This document shows positions 30,201 to 39,898 of a stretch of DNA of 64,000 nt, one piece after another. Position numbers and translations under genes: made by a program. The notes beneath the pieces are model-generated. The model had not been told where the DNA came from and did no database searches. It saw nothing but the letters and a program-made list of their open reading frames with translations. Source of the stretch: an uncultured Aliarcobacter sp. (lineage in GTDB: Bacteria; Campylobacterota; Campylobacteria; Campylobacterales; Arcobacteraceae); NCBI GenBank assembly GCA_963677435.1, contig OY781945.1:1696001-1760000 (forward strand), in the 5' to 3' direction. Within the stretch, counting starts at the first letter, position 1; each line of letters opens with the position of its first letter.

Positions 30201-32497
30201 GTGGAACTTGGGATAATACTATTTGGAGTAAAATAAGTGGTGGAAGTAGTGTAGAGGGATATGAGATATTAGAACTTCCATATTTAATTGGTGTTACAAG
30301 AGATGAAGATAAATCTGTAGTATTATTATTTAATAGTGGATTAGGAACAAGTGTAAATCCATATACTATAAAAAACTGGACACAACTACAAAATATCAAT
30401 AATAGTAATATTTTAACTCAAAACTACTATTTCCAACTTTTAAATAATCTTGATAGTTCAAGTTCAGGTTATACAAATCTAGCAAGTTCAACTGCAAATG
30501 ATGGAGCTGGATGGAATCCTTTGGGAAAAAATGATAGTTTAGCTTTTACAGGAAACTTTGATGGACTTGGTCATACTATTGATTCTCTTTATATAAATCG
30601 TCCAAATATGGATAATGTTGGACTTTTTGGATTGATAAATGGATCAACTATTAAAAATATAGGTTTAATCAACACTACTGTAACAGGGAAGGACTATGTA
30701 GGCGCATTAGTTGGACTCAACAAACAAAGTATTGTTAAAAATGTTTATTCATCAAATGGAAGTATAAGTGGTAAAAACTCTCTAGGAGGTTTAATTGGAA
30801 ATAACATTAATTTTTCAAATATTACTAACTCTTATGCAAGTGGAAGTGTAACTGGAATCGGAAGTACATTCTTTACAGGTGGTTTAGTTGGATCTAATAG
30901 TTCATCATCGACAATAGAAAATTCATATTTTACAGGAAGTATTATAGGGCATTCTTATGTAGGTGGTTTAGTGGGAGTTAGTACACTTGATGCTGGAATA
31001 ATTAAAGATTCTTTCTATAACAATGAAACTTCAAATTTTAATGGTGTAGGAGGTAATGGTTCTAATGGTAATCCTGTAAGTGGAGTTACTGGTCTAACAA
31101 CAGCACAAATGGCTTATGGTAAATATTTTAGTGATGCTGGTTGGGATATATTAGTAGATAGTTCAGTTACTTCTTCAACGCCAGTTTTAAAATATGATAG
31201 TGTAAATGATAAATATGTATGGGCAATAGCACCCCTATCATTGTCATATAATTTAGGAACTAAAACTTCGCAATATAATGGATTAACACAAAATTTAAGT
31301 AGTTTTTATACAACAGCAACTTCAATCTTTGGAAATAGTTATAGCTTTTTAGATGGAACATATAAATTCCAAGTAAATGGAATAGATGTAACAGGATATA
31401 AAAATGCAGCTACTTATGAGAATATAAAAGTAGCTTCAACAAATGATTTCTTAAATATTGCAAGTTCTGGGAATACAGATGGAAGTTTAACAATCACTCC
31501 AAAAGCAATAAGCGTAAGTGCAGAAAATAAAAGTAAAATCTATGGACAAACAGATTCAACTTTAACATATACAACAACTGGCCTAGTAGGAAATGATACA
31601 TTAAGTGGAAGTTTAAAAAGAGTATCAGGAGAAAATGTAGGAGAATATGTAATTTCACAAAATGATTTGACAAACTCAAACTATACAATTACATTTGATA
31701 ATGGAAAATATACAATCACTCCAAAAGCAATAACAGTAAGTGCAGAAAATAAAAGTAAAATCTATGGAAATACAGATGAAATTCTAACTTATACAACAAC
31801 TGGCCTAGTAGGAAATGATACTTTAAGTGGAAGTTTACAAAGAGTATCAGGAGAAAATGTAGGGGAATATGTAATTTCACAAAATGATTTGACAAACTCA
31901 AACTATACAATTACATTTGATAATGGAAAATACACAATCACTCCAAAAGCAATAACAGTAAGTGCAGAAAATAAATCTAAAACCCAAGGAGAGAATAATC
32001 CAAGTTTAACATATGTAGCAAATGGATTAATAAGTGGGGATAGCTTAAATGGAAGTTTAAGTACAAATGCAACAGTAAATTCAATAGCTGGAACTTATGA
32101 TATAACTCAAGGTGATTTAGCTAATGGTAATTATGTAATAACATTTAATAATGGTGAATTAACAGTTCTTGCAAAAAATACAACACCAACAAATCCAACA
32201 ACATCAAATAATATAAATAAAATCATAGGTAATATAGGTAAAACAATAAGTATAGCTCCTCGAAGTGAATCATTTTTTACTGCTCCTACTAATTCAACTC
32301 AATCAAATAATCTAGTATCAACACCAATAGATGGACAAGAATTAAAAAAAGTTGATAGTGTAAATCCAAATACAAATAGAGTAACTCTTAATGATAACTC
32401 TATGATACAACTAATAAATGGAGGAGTGAAACTACCAAATGGAGTAAATCAAGAATTTTATGGTTTTAATAATAACCAAAGAGGAGAAACAAACTAA
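27290..32497 (+). CDS. Two-partner secretion exoprotein (filamentous haemagglutinin N-domain, GLUG repeats, MBG-like repeats)
   Basis: INWQDFSI and NSNGVLF TPS-domain motifs; many VGGLVG repeats; ITPKAITVSAENKSK repeats. Confidence 0.9.
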   Translation: MKFKSDFSSRFRILKGGKISLMVSALLGGVTLSVAAPTAGVVTSGTANISQNGNTTNINQSSNKATINWQDFSIKSNETVNFNQPNKNSITLNRVVGNEKSVIDGALNANGQVWILNSNGVLFNKTAKVNTAGIVATTKELSDADFNAGNYNFKGDSKASVINLGTIEVSNSGYVVLASNEVKNQGTIKAVKGKVYLSGADKYSLNLNGNSLVSLSVKKGVLDALVKNSGTIIANGGEIYLSTNAINELLKGVVNNTGILEANSLDGLTGKVELFAHGGEVQVGGTIKAKDGFVETSGKKFSIDKNTNIKAKTWLIDPTNLTVNDSTAYETALGNGTDTLIKTDNATGSDEGNIYINDTINWTTNAKLTLDAYNNIYINKAISATNGKLALYYGDSGDYYINAKVNLSAGQNFFTKKASDLAETSWTVVTTASDVQSMSLSGNTVLGADVDASGISNWTPIGNLSTRFTGNFDGLGHTIDKLYINNSSSNYLGLFGATNSSSTIKNVGLINVNIIGNDFVGGLVGATASTIKNSYVSGTVSGRNYIGGLVGWNDSTIENSYASATVSGYSFVGGLVGINTSTIKYSYASGTVSGYSNFGGLVGSDNDIIENSYYNKDTNTASMGDSYLGKTKAEILAAFAGNTAWVTTGADIVGYGIFDSGISLPLLKTFAIPTSTLFESGYGTEESAYTITNWTQLQNINNSNILTKNYYFQLLNNLGDTTSDYANLASSTANGGAGWNSLGNGSAQFKGNFDGLGHTIDKLYINNSTDEFIGLFGYTNGAIISNVGLTNIDITASYEEANVGALVGKNENSTINNSYAIGSVTANGTYSNVGGLVGWNHSDSTINNSYARGSVTSSVEGATVGGLVGINNNSSIDNSYATGSVAGNGEYSEVGGLIGRGYSSTINNSYASGSVTVKNELGESYSGGLYGRNTSSAAPTNSWYDNEANTDSSMIDTSYGKTKAEILALVGGTWDNTIWSKISGGSSVEGYEILELPYLIGVTRDEDKSVVLLFNSGLGTSVNPYTIKNWTQLQNINNSNILTQNYYFQLLNNLDSSSSGYTNLASSTANDGAGWNPLGKNDSLAFTGNFDGLGHTIDSLYINRPNMDNVGLFGLINGSTIKNIGLINTTVTGKDYVGALVGLNKQSIVKNVYSSNGSISGKNSLGGLIGNNINFSNITNSYASGSVTGIGSTFFTGGLVGSNSSSSTIENSYFTGSIIGHSYVGGLVGVSTLDAGIIKDSFYNNETSNFNGVGGNGSNGNPVSGVTGLTTAQMAYGKYFSDAGWDILVDSSVTSSTPVLKYDSVNDKYVWAIAPLSLSYNLGTKTSQYNGLTQNLSSFYTTATSIFGNSYSFLDGTYKFQVNGIDVTGYKNAATYENIKVASTNDFLNIASSGNTDGSLTITPKAISVSAENKSKIYGQTDSTLTYTTTGLVGNDTLSGSLKRVSGENVGEYVISQNDLTNSNYTITFDNGKYTITPKAITVSAENKSKIYGNTDEILTYTTTGLVGNDTLSGSLQRVSGENVGEYVISQNDLTNSNYTITFDNGKYTITPKAITVSAENKSKTQGENNPSLTYVANGLISGDSLNGSLSTNATVNSIAGTYDITQGDLANGNYVITFNNGELTVLAKNTTPTNPTTSNNINKIIGNIGKTISIAPRSESFFTAPTNSTQSNNLVSTPIDGQELKKVDSVNPNTNRVTLNDNSMIQLINGGVKLPNGVNQEFYGFNNNQRGETN
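31490..31980 (+). repeat. 222-bp tandem repeat inside tpsA
   Basis: ACAATCACTCCAAAAGCAATAA at 31490, 31712 and 31934; the first two units are nearly identical. Confidence 0.9.
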
Positions 32498-34164
32498 TGA
32501 GAAATATGAATAAAATACTAACAATTTCACTTCTAACATCAAGTGTACTTTTAGGAGCAACACCAAATATAGGAGATGTAAATAGACAAATCCAAGCTCC
32601 AAAAGATTTACCAAAAAAAGTTACTCCTTTGGTAGATATTGATGGTGTAAAAAAGTATAAAGAACCGATGTCTGATGATAAAAGTGGTAAAACAATTTTT
32701 GTAAAAGATTTTAAAATAGAAAATGCAATTCATATAAGCGAAACTGAACTAAAAAGTCTAATATCTTCTTTTGTAAATAAAGATTTAACTTTTTCTCAAC
32801 TTCAAGAAGTAGCTTCTATTATTACAAAAGAATATAGAAAACAAGGATACTTTGTAGCAAGGGCTTATTTGCCTGTACAAAATATTCAAGAGAATGATAA
32901 TTTAATTGTTATTTCTATCATTGAAGGAAATTATGGAGAGTTTAAACTAAAAAATACTTCTTTAGTAAAAGATAGTGTAGTTCAGAATATGTTAGATGAA
33001 GCAAAAAAAGATAATGTAATTGCTACTTCAACTTTAGAAAGAAGTATGCTTCTGATAAATGATACTCCAGGAGTAGCTGTTTCAAAAGCAGAACTTATGC
33101 CAGGAGTTGAAGTTGGAACAAGCGACTTTGATATAGAAACTACTCCTCAAAATAGAGTAGATGGTTATGTGGTTGCTGATAATTATGGAAGTAAATATAC
33201 AGGAAGAAATAGAGTTCAAGCTTTGGTAAATGTAAACTCTCCTTTTAATATAGGTGATAAATTAACAGTTTCTGGTCTTGTAAGTAATGGAGCAGATTTG
33301 AAAAATGGTAAAATTGCTTATTCAGCTCCTTTGGCTTCAAATGGTCTAAGAAGTGAAATGTCTTACTCAAAAACTGATTACTCTTTAACAAAAGATTATA
33401 AATATCTAAACGCAGATGGTGATTCTGAAATTTTTGATTTAGGAGTTTCTTATCCAGTAATAAGAACTCAAAGTGAAAACCTAAACCTATCTTTGAAGTT
33501 TGCTAATAAAGATATGAATGATTATCAAGATAATGATAAAACAGCAGATAAAAATATAAAATCATTTGTAGCTTCTGTGGCTTATTTGAAAGATTATTCT
33601 TTATTAGGTCTAGCTTCTAGATTTGATTCTAATTTTAATCTAACTACTGGAAGATTAAATTCAGATAATTCTAATGTAGATACAGGAAGATATAATAAAA
33701 TAGACTTCTATGTTTCAAATCTTTTATACCTAAATCAAACTTTCTCTTTAAATACAAACCTAATAACTCAAAAAGTATTAGGAAATAAAAACCTAGATGG
33801 TAGTGAAGACTTAAGCTTAGGTGGAGCTTATGGGGTAAAACTTTATCCTGATAGTGAACAAAGTGCAGAAAATGGATATATCTTTAATACAGAATTATTT
33901 GCTCAACTCCCAAATATAAATCAATATTCTCATAAAGTAGGATTGTTCTATGATGTAGGTAATGTATATATGGAAGATTCAAGCCAAGATGCAAACTTTG
34001 ATAGAACAACACTTCAAGATGTAGGAGTAGGGTATTATTCAAACTATAAAGATTTCTTTTTAAGAACACAAATGGCATGGAATTTAAATTCACAAGCAAT
34101 ATCAAGTGAAACAACATCACATGGAAATACAAAACTGTTAATTCAAGCGGGAATGGTATTTTAA
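32497..34164 (+). CDS. ShlB/FhaC/HecB-family TpsB transporter
   Basis: POTRA motif YRKQGYFVARAYLPVQ, DNYGSKYTG, LGGAYGVKLY, and C-terminal Phe. Confidence 0.9.
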   Translation: MRNMNKILTISLLTSSVLLGATPNIGDVNRQIQAPKDLPKKVTPLVDIDGVKKYKEPMSDDKSGKTIFVKDFKIENAIHISETELKSLISSFVNKDLTFSQLQEVASIITKEYRKQGYFVARAYLPVQNIQENDNLIVISIIEGNYGEFKLKNTSLVKDSVVQNMLDEAKKDNVIATSTLERSMLLINDTPGVAVSKAELMPGVEVGTSDFDIETTPQNRVDGYVVADNYGSKYTGRNRVQALVNVNSPFNIGDKLTVSGLVSNGADLKNGKIAYSAPLASNGLRSEMSYSKTDYSLTKDYKYLNADGDSEIFDLGVSYPVIRTQSENLNLSLKFANKDMNDYQDNDKTADKNIKSFVASVAYLKDYSLLGLASRFDSNFNLTTGRLNSDNSNVDTGRYNKIDFYVSNLLYLNQTFSLNTNLITQKVLGNKNLDGSEDLSLGGAYGVKLYPDSEQSAENGYIFNTELFAQLPNINQYSHKVGLFYDVGNVYMEDSSQDANFDRTTLQDVGVGYYSNYKDFFLRTQMAWNLNSQAISSETTSHGNTKLLIQAGMVF

Positions 34165-34186
34165 GATTTTATAAACAGGAAATAAA

Positions 34187-34205
34187 AAGAGGTATAATAC
34201 CTCTT
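34187..34205. terminator. Hairpin between convergent genes
   Basis: AAGAGGTA-taa-TACCTCTT. Confidence 0.55.
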
Positions 34206-34210
34206 CTTAT

Positions 34211-34825
34211 TTAGATTTTCCAATGTTGTATCTTATTTTCATCTAAATTACTTTTTATTTTTTTAGTTAGTTGTGGAAAAAACTCTAAAAAATCTTTTTC
34301 AAGCTCATCTATATTTTTTACTACACTATCAAAATAACTAAGAGCTGTTTCTCTTTGTTTAAGTCTTGGAGATAATCTTCTATCCATTCTTTCAAAGGAA
34401 GTTTTTAGTTGATCTAAATTGTGATATTTATTTAACAAATCTCGTTCAATCATATTATAAATTGGAATATTTGCATGATTTGGTAAACTTTGCGTTCTTT
34501 GATTTGCTTCATGATAAAAAACTTTTGAAAACTCTTTTATTGGAGTATGACAAAATTCATCCCAATTTTTTGTCAAAAAGTAGTCATATGTCAAGTCAAT
34601 AATAACAGGTTTTAGCAAACCTTTTTCTCTTATTCTTCTTTTGCTACAACTTACGATTTCATGGGAATCTGTATATGAATCTATAATTTTATGGGTAAAC
34701 ATACCTTTTTCCATATCGATACTTGCATCTTCCCATAATCGACCCTTGAGTGGGTCTGCTAGAAAATTTCCTATTTGGAAATCAATTTTTTGCTCAGATA
34801 AGAACACATGTGCTAACCAGTTCAT
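34211..34825 (-). CDS. acpH: ACP phosphodiesterase (AcpH family)
   Basis: MNWLAH, GNFLAD, HKIIDSYTDSH and DFLEFFPQL motifs. Confidence 0.8.
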   Translation of the reverse strand: MNWLAHVFLSEQKIDFQIGNFLADPLKGRLWEDASIDMEKGMFTHKIIDSYTDSHEIVSCSKRRIREKGLLKPVIIDLTYDYFLTKNWDEFCHTPIKEFSKVFYHEANQRTQSLPNHANIPIYNMIERDLLNKYHNLDQLKTSFERMDRRLSPRLKQRETALSYFDSVVKNIDELEKDFLEFFPQLTKKIKSNLDENKIQHWKI

Positions 34826-34855
34826 TTATTGTCCTATCTTTTTTGCAATTTTTTA

Positions 34856-35083
34856 TTATTTTTTATTTTTTTTCTTTGAAGCTTTTGCTAGTTTTGCATT
34901 CTTTTTTCTTTTTTCTTTTTCTGCTTGAATATTTGCAGCTTTTCTTGCATTTATTACTTGTTCTTTTTTATCATTAGCATCTGGAGCGAATCCTGCTTTT
35001 AGAACATTTCTTTTTTCATTCATTTTTTTTGCTAGTCTATCGCCTTTTGTTGTGTCAACACTTGAATTATTTGCTCTTCCCAT
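34856..35083 (-). CDS. Small Lys-rich hypothetical protein
   Basis: 75-aa ORF with an AAGG RBS. Confidence 0.65.
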   Translation of the reverse strand: MGRANNSSVDTTKGDRLAKKMNEKRNVLKAGFAPDANDKKEQVINARKAANIQAEKEKRKKNAKLAKASKKKNKK

Positions 35084-35174
35084 TATTTACCTTATTTTTT
35101 TGATTTCGTATTGTATTGAATTTTCAATAAAGAAGGTATTACGTAGGTTTTGTAAGCGAGAATTGAAAGCCAAA

Positions 35175-35957
35175 TTAGGCTTTTAATTCTCCATCAAGTT
35201 CATATTTATTTAGATAACCTCTTGGGGTTAAAACTTTTCCATTTGAAGTAAGTTTTGCATTTGAGTTACAAATAATTATAAGCGTTGACATTGTAACTTG
35301 TGGATGATTTAAACCTTGATTTATTATATCCTGAGCATTTGTTATTGTAATTTCTTCTTTTTCTGCTCTTCCTACATTTGAAGCAATAATTGCAATTCTA
35401 TCTTCATATCCTTCTAAAGCTGCCATAAAATTCAGATATGGTTGAACTCTTTTTGCTGATTTTGGATTATAAATTCCAATTACAAAGTCACAATCTAAGG
35501 CTGATTTAACTCTTTTATCAATCAAATTTATATCTGTTAATCTATCAGAAAGAGAGATAATTGCAAAATCCTGAGACACAGGCGCTCCAACTTTTGAAGC
35601 AGCTGCTAAAAATGAAGTAATTCCAGGAAGTGAAATAACTTCTATTTCATCCCATAACTGTTTTTCTTCCATTAATTCAACAATCAAAGTTGCCATTCCG
35701 TAAACATTCACATCACCATTTGATAAAATTGCAGTTGTTTTACCTTGTCTTGCATATTCTATTGCTTGGCTACATCTTGCTATTTCGTGTGTCATTCCAG
35801 ATGTAAATAACTCTTTACCTTTTATAAGGCTTCCTAATTCTCTTGCATATTTACTATAAGATACTATTACTTCTGCTTCATTTATTGCATTTATTGCTTC
35901 TGGTGAGATATATCCTAATCCACCAGCTCCTGTTGATACTATGTATAATCTTTTCAT
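35175..35957 (-). CDS. cbiH: Cobalt-precorrin-3 C17-methyltransferase
   Basis: SNGDVNVYGMA, DFAIISLSDRLT, IYNPKS and TPRGY motifs. Confidence 0.9.
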   Translation of the reverse strand: MKRLYIVSTGAGGLGYISPEAINAINEAEVIVSYSKYARELGSLIKGKELFTSGMTHEIARCSQAIEYARQGKTTAILSNGDVNVYGMATLIVELMEEKQLWDEIEVISLPGITSFLAAASKVGAPVSQDFAIISLSDRLTDINLIDKRVKSALDCDFVIGIYNPKSAKRVQPYLNFMAALEGYEDRIAIIASNVGRAEKEEITITNAQDIINQGLNHPQVTMSTLIIICNSNAKLTSNGKVLTPRGYLNKYELDGELKA

Positions 35958-35959
35958 TT

Positions 35960-36976
35960 TTATATTGCTCCTGCTATTGTAATTTTATTTTCAAATACTT
36001 CTTTTGTTATTATTAATTCTTTATATTTTGATACTAAGATAGATGAAGGTTCACTAACACCTTTTAGCCCAAAAAACTTTGTTGCTTGTGAAGCTGAGAA
36101 ATCTCCTTGAAGGCAATTTATTTGGTTTTCATTAAAAAACTTAATATTAAAGTTGTATTTTTTTGCAAACTCTAAAAGTCCTATTTCATCTGCTTTTGCT
36201 TCAAAAGAAGCAATGTTTTCTATTTGTTCTATTTTTAGTTTATGTTTTTGTAAAAACCATAAAAATGCTTTTTCTATATCTTCAAAACTTGTATTTCTAT
36301 TACATCCAATACCCAAAAAAACTTTTGGTTTAAATGTAAGAAGAGGGCTATCAAAAGGGGTTATATTTACACATAAGTTTGATGATTGCTCTTTTACTAA
36401 TTTTAGATTTTCTTTAATTGGAATTGTTTGAAAGATTGAGTCATAAGTTAGGACTTCAACCTCTTTTTTATTTAATAATGAGTTTGAAATAAGTGCTAAC
36501 TCTTTTAAATTGTGAATTTCTAAGTTATTCTTTTTTGCAAACATTTCAAAAGCTAGTGTATTTGTTTGGTCTGTTGCTGTTGATACAAAATTTTGACAAG
36601 AAGGTATTCTTGAAGCTATTGTGTCGCTTAATTCATTTGCTCCACCTAAGTGACCACTTAGAAGTGGAACGATTTTATCAAGCTTTAGATTTATAACTAT
36701 AACGGCTGGATCGCTTGATTTGTCTTTTAAAAATGGTGCTATTTTTCTAACAACTGCACCAATTGCTAAAATACAAATAATTGCATCATAACCTTCCCAT
36801 GCAGGTGCCATAATATCATCGATTTTGTCATATAAATTTAAATTTTCTAAATTGTGTGTTAAATCTTTTTTTCCAAAAACATCCACATGATAATCATATA
36901 AATAGGGAACTAAGTTACAAGCTGCACTTAAACTTGGTTGGTTTATTGTTACTATTGCTATTTTTAATTTATTCAT
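35960..36976 (-). CDS. cbiG: Cobalt-precorrin-5A hydrolase
   Basis: GAVVRKIAP, DPAV, LLSGHLGGAN, STATD and GIGC motifs. Confidence 0.9.
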   Translation of the reverse strand: MNKLKIAIVTINQPSLSAACNLVPYLYDYHVDVFGKKDLTHNLENLNLYDKIDDIMAPAWEGYDAIICILAIGAVVRKIAPFLKDKSSDPAVIVINLKLDKIVPLLSGHLGGANELSDTIASRIPSCQNFVSTATDQTNTLAFEMFAKKNNLEIHNLKELALISNSLLNKKEVEVLTYDSIFQTIPIKENLKLVKEQSSNLCVNITPFDSPLLTFKPKVFLGIGCNRNTSFEDIEKAFLWFLQKHKLKIEQIENIASFEAKADEIGLLEFAKKYNFNIKFFNENQINCLQGDFSASQATKFFGLKGVSEPSSILVSKYKELIITKEVFENKITIAGAI

Positions 36977-37716
36977 TTTTTACTCTTCTTTAACTCTTTA
37001 ATTAGGGGTTTAACATATAAGTGTGATTCTTGCGTTTCTTTTTGGTGTAAATAATCTCCAAATAAAATCAAAGCAACACCGTTTATATGGGATACTTGTT
37101 TTTCTATATCATCTATTGTTCCTTTATAAATTTTTTCATCTTCCCATGTTGCTTTTTCCACAACCCAACAAGGTGTATCTTTTGAATAACCTAGTTTATA
37201 AGCTGTATTTTTTAATTTTTTTAATAGCAATATTGATAAATAAAAAGCCAAAGAAGAGTTTTTACAAGCAAGTATATTTTCAAGTTTTTCAGGATTTGGA
37301 GTTTTACCCTCAATTCTTGAAAGAATCAAAGTTTGTGAAACTCCAGGAATTGTGTATTCAATTCCTAAACTTGACGCTGCTCCAAAAGCTGCTGTAATTC
37401 CTGGAATTACTTTATATTCAATATTTTGCTCTTTTAAAAACTCTATTTGTTTTGCTATTGTTGAATAAAGTGAAGGATCGCCCGTATGAACACGAGCTAC
37501 TATTTTATTTTTGTATTTTAATAAAAAATCAAAAATCTCAGGATATTTCATTCCTTGTGAATCTTCAATTATCGCTTCACTTTTACACCAAGATAAAACT
37601 TCTTTTGGCACAAGTGAACCTGTAAATAAAATAGCATCTGCAATTTGTAATATTTTTTGAGCTTTAACAGTAACTAAATCAGGATCTCCAGGACCCGCAC
37701 CAATAAAATAAATCAT
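36973..37716 (-). CDS. cbiF: Cobalt-precorrin-4 C11-methyltransferase
   Basis: FIGAGPGDPDL, GSLV, RVHTGDPSLY and PGVSQT motifs. Confidence 0.9.
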   Translation of the reverse strand: MIYFIGAGPGDPDLVTVKAQKILQIADAILFTGSLVPKEVLSWCKSEAIIEDSQGMKYPEIFDFLLKYKNKIVARVHTGDPSLYSTIAKQIEFLKEQNIEYKVIPGITAAFGAASSLGIEYTIPGVSQTLILSRIEGKTPNPEKLENILACKNSSLAFYLSILLLKKLKNTAYKLGYSKDTPCWVVEKATWEDEKIYKGTIDDIEKQVSHINGVALILFGDYLHQKETQESHLYVKPLIKELKKSKK

Positions 37717-38876
37717 TTTTTATATACCTTTATTTGAAATAATTGTCGTTCAGGTTCCACTAAATCTAGTTTTCCTTTGTAAGTTGTAAGAGAAATAGAG
37801 TGAGTTTCAAATTCAATATTTGCATCATTTAAAATATTTATCATTTGACTTAAATGTTTTAGAGTAATTGCATTTATTAACATAATTCCATTTTCGCAAA
37901 GTCTTTCATATAAATATGGAAGTTTTTCTATAACTTTTTCTCCACCTCCACCTAGAAAAATTCTTTCTGGATTCTCTTCTAACTTTTCAAAATAATTTTC
38001 CGCATCACCTACTAAAAGTTTGCAATCACACACAAAATGATTTGTTAAATTTTGTTTGATAAATTCAACCCTTGTTTCATCTTTTTCAAAATAGATAGTT
38101 CTTACTTTGTATCTTTTAAAAGCTTCTATTCCACAGCTTCCGCTTCCAGCACCAACATCCCAAAGAAGTTGATTTGGTTCTAAATCAAGGTTTTGCAAAG
38201 TTAGATGTCTTTTATATTTTTTTGTAATCATTCCCCTTTGTGTTTCAAATTCAATATCATCACAAATAGGCTTTTTATGTTCAAAATTTCTTTTGATTAA
38301 TAAAACAAAAGCTTGGTTTAAATCAAATTCTTTTTCATCAAAATCAAAAATATCAATCTCTTGTATTTTTTCATCTTTATATCCAAGCTTATAACCAATG
38401 AAAGTAGTGATTGAGTTTTTATCAAAAAAACTTAAAGCCTCATTTAATCTTTTAATTGAGTTTTTATCGCAAAGCACAAAAGTATATTTTTTATTTAAAA
38501 ACTCTTCTAAATCTATAGTAGTTCTTCCATGAATTGAAATAACACTCACTTCATTTTCACTAATAAATAATTTTTCTAAAAGATAAGTTTTTGATGAGAT
38601 ATTGTTTATTAATTTAACTTCTTCTTTTGGTAATTTATTAGCGATTATTGTTCCTGCTGAGAAAAACAGTGGTGAACCAGTAACCACATATAAAAGTTTT
38701 TCTTTTTTGTAGTTTTCTAAAATATAATCTCGGGCATCTTTGAATTTTAGTTTTAAAATAGTTCTGCCATTTTCTTTAAAATTTGGGTCACAAATGATTT
38801 TGTCAAAATGACAAAAGTTTAATTCTAAATTTGAGAAATCATAATCTCCCATACCATTTCCAGCTATTGTTACCAT
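37713..38876 (-). CDS. cbiET: Bifunctional CbiE/CbiT methyltransferase-decarboxylase
   Basis: GSPLFF, SIHGR, GMITK, WDVGAGSGS and IFLGGG motifs. AGGAGG RBS favours ATG 38876. Confidence 0.85.
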   Translation of the reverse strand: MVTIAGNGMGDYDFSNLELNFCHFDKIICDPNFKENGRTILKLKFKDARDYILENYKKEKLLYVVTGSPLFFSAGTIIANKLPKEEVKLINNISSKTYLLEKLFISENEVSVISIHGRTTIDLEEFLNKKYTFVLCDKNSIKRLNEALSFFDKNSITTFIGYKLGYKDEKIQEIDIFDFDEKEFDLNQAFVLLIKRNFEHKKPICDDIEFETQRGMITKKYKRHLTLQNLDLEPNQLLWDVGAGSGSCGIEAFKRYKVRTIYFEKDETRVEFIKQNLTNHFVCDCKLLVGDAENYFEKLEENPERIFLGGGGEKVIEKLPYLYERLCENGIMLINAITLKHLSQMINILNDANIEFETHSISLTTYKGKLDLVEPERQLFQIKVYKK

Positions 38877-39898
38877 CCTGTTACCTCCTTTTCTTCTAAT
38901 ATTAAAGCTTCCACATTTGAAGTTGGAAACCAAGTTTTAATTTGTTCATTTGCTTTTCTTTCAATCATTGAATATAAAGCATTTATAAGTCCCACTCTTT
39001 CCAGTTCTTCTGAAATACCTTTTACAGTTTTTGTGGATTCAATATCCACTTCATAAGCTAATTCATTTTTTATATCTTCTTTTAATTTAACAAAATCAAT
39101 AACACCAAATCTATTATGAGTATTTTTAAAGCCTTGATAAACTTTTGTCATTTTTCCTATTCCACATACAAAAATAATCTTTTTTACTTCTAAATTATTG
39201 GCTATTTCAATAGAATCATAAACAAAATTTGCAACTTCAACAATTTGTCCCTCATCATACTTTTCACTAAAAACTCTAAAAGCAGAGTTTCCTAAAGTAA
39301 AAATCAAAGGTTCTAATTCATTTTGTTTTGCAAATTCTATTTCAGTTTTTACTGAATCAATATATGCTGTACTTGAAACTGGTTTTACAATTCCAGTTGT
39401 TCCTAATATTGAAATTCCACCAATTACACCAACTTTTGCATTTGCTGTTTGTTTGGCTATTTCTTCGCCATTTGTTACCGAAACCGTACAAAAGATATTT
39501 ATATTGTTTAACTCTTTTACTTTTTTTTCAAATATTTTTTGCATATTTTCTAGTGGAACTGGATTTATTGCTGGGAAATCTGGTTTTATTTTTAAACCTT
39601 TTTTTGTCACAACTCCTACTCCAATTCCTGCATAAATTTCCAAAGAATTTGTTTCAATTTGAGTCCTTTGGGGAATTAGTGATAATTTATTAAATTCTAA
39701 ATCATTTTTTTTATCACTAATACTTACAACAATTTCACAACCTTTTGTAACATCCAAGTCATCATTGTCAATTTTATTTATTTTCCCAAATACAAAGTCT
39801 TTTGTAGCAATAAATGCTTCAAGTACACTTGAAAATGCAAAACATGTGTGAACTCCTGTTGTAAGTCCCTTTCTTAATACTTTTTTTTCTTGATTCAT
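38870..39898 (-). CDS. cbiD: Cobalt-precorrin-5B C1-methyltransferase
   Basis: LRKGLTTG, DDLDVT, AINPVP and GGISILGTTGIV motifs. Confidence 0.92.
   Translation of the reverse strand: MNQEKKVLRKGLTTGVHTCFAFSSVLEAFIATKDFVFGKINKIDNDDLDVTKGCEIVVSISDKKNDLEFNKLSLIPQRTQIETNSLEIYAGIGVGVVTKKGLKIKPDFPAINPVPLENMQKIFEKKVKELNNINIFCTVSVTNGEEIAKQTANAKVGVIGGISILGTTGIVKPVSSTAYIDSVKTEIEFAKQNELEPLIFTLGNSAFRVFSEKYDEGQIVEVANFVYDSIEIANNLEVKKIIFVCGIGKMTKVYQGFKNTHNRFGVIDFVKLKEDIKNELAYEVDIESTKTVKGISEELERVGLINALYSMIERKANEQIKTWFPTSNVEALILEEKEVTGW

Noticed and set aside
31490..31980. CRISPR-like or mobile repeat
   Set aside because: These are in-frame 222-bp coding repeats with no spacers and no cas genes.
27290..34164. 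Contact-dependent inhibition system
   Set aside because: No VENN-type motif, toxin domain or immunity ORF; tpsB follows tpsA directly.
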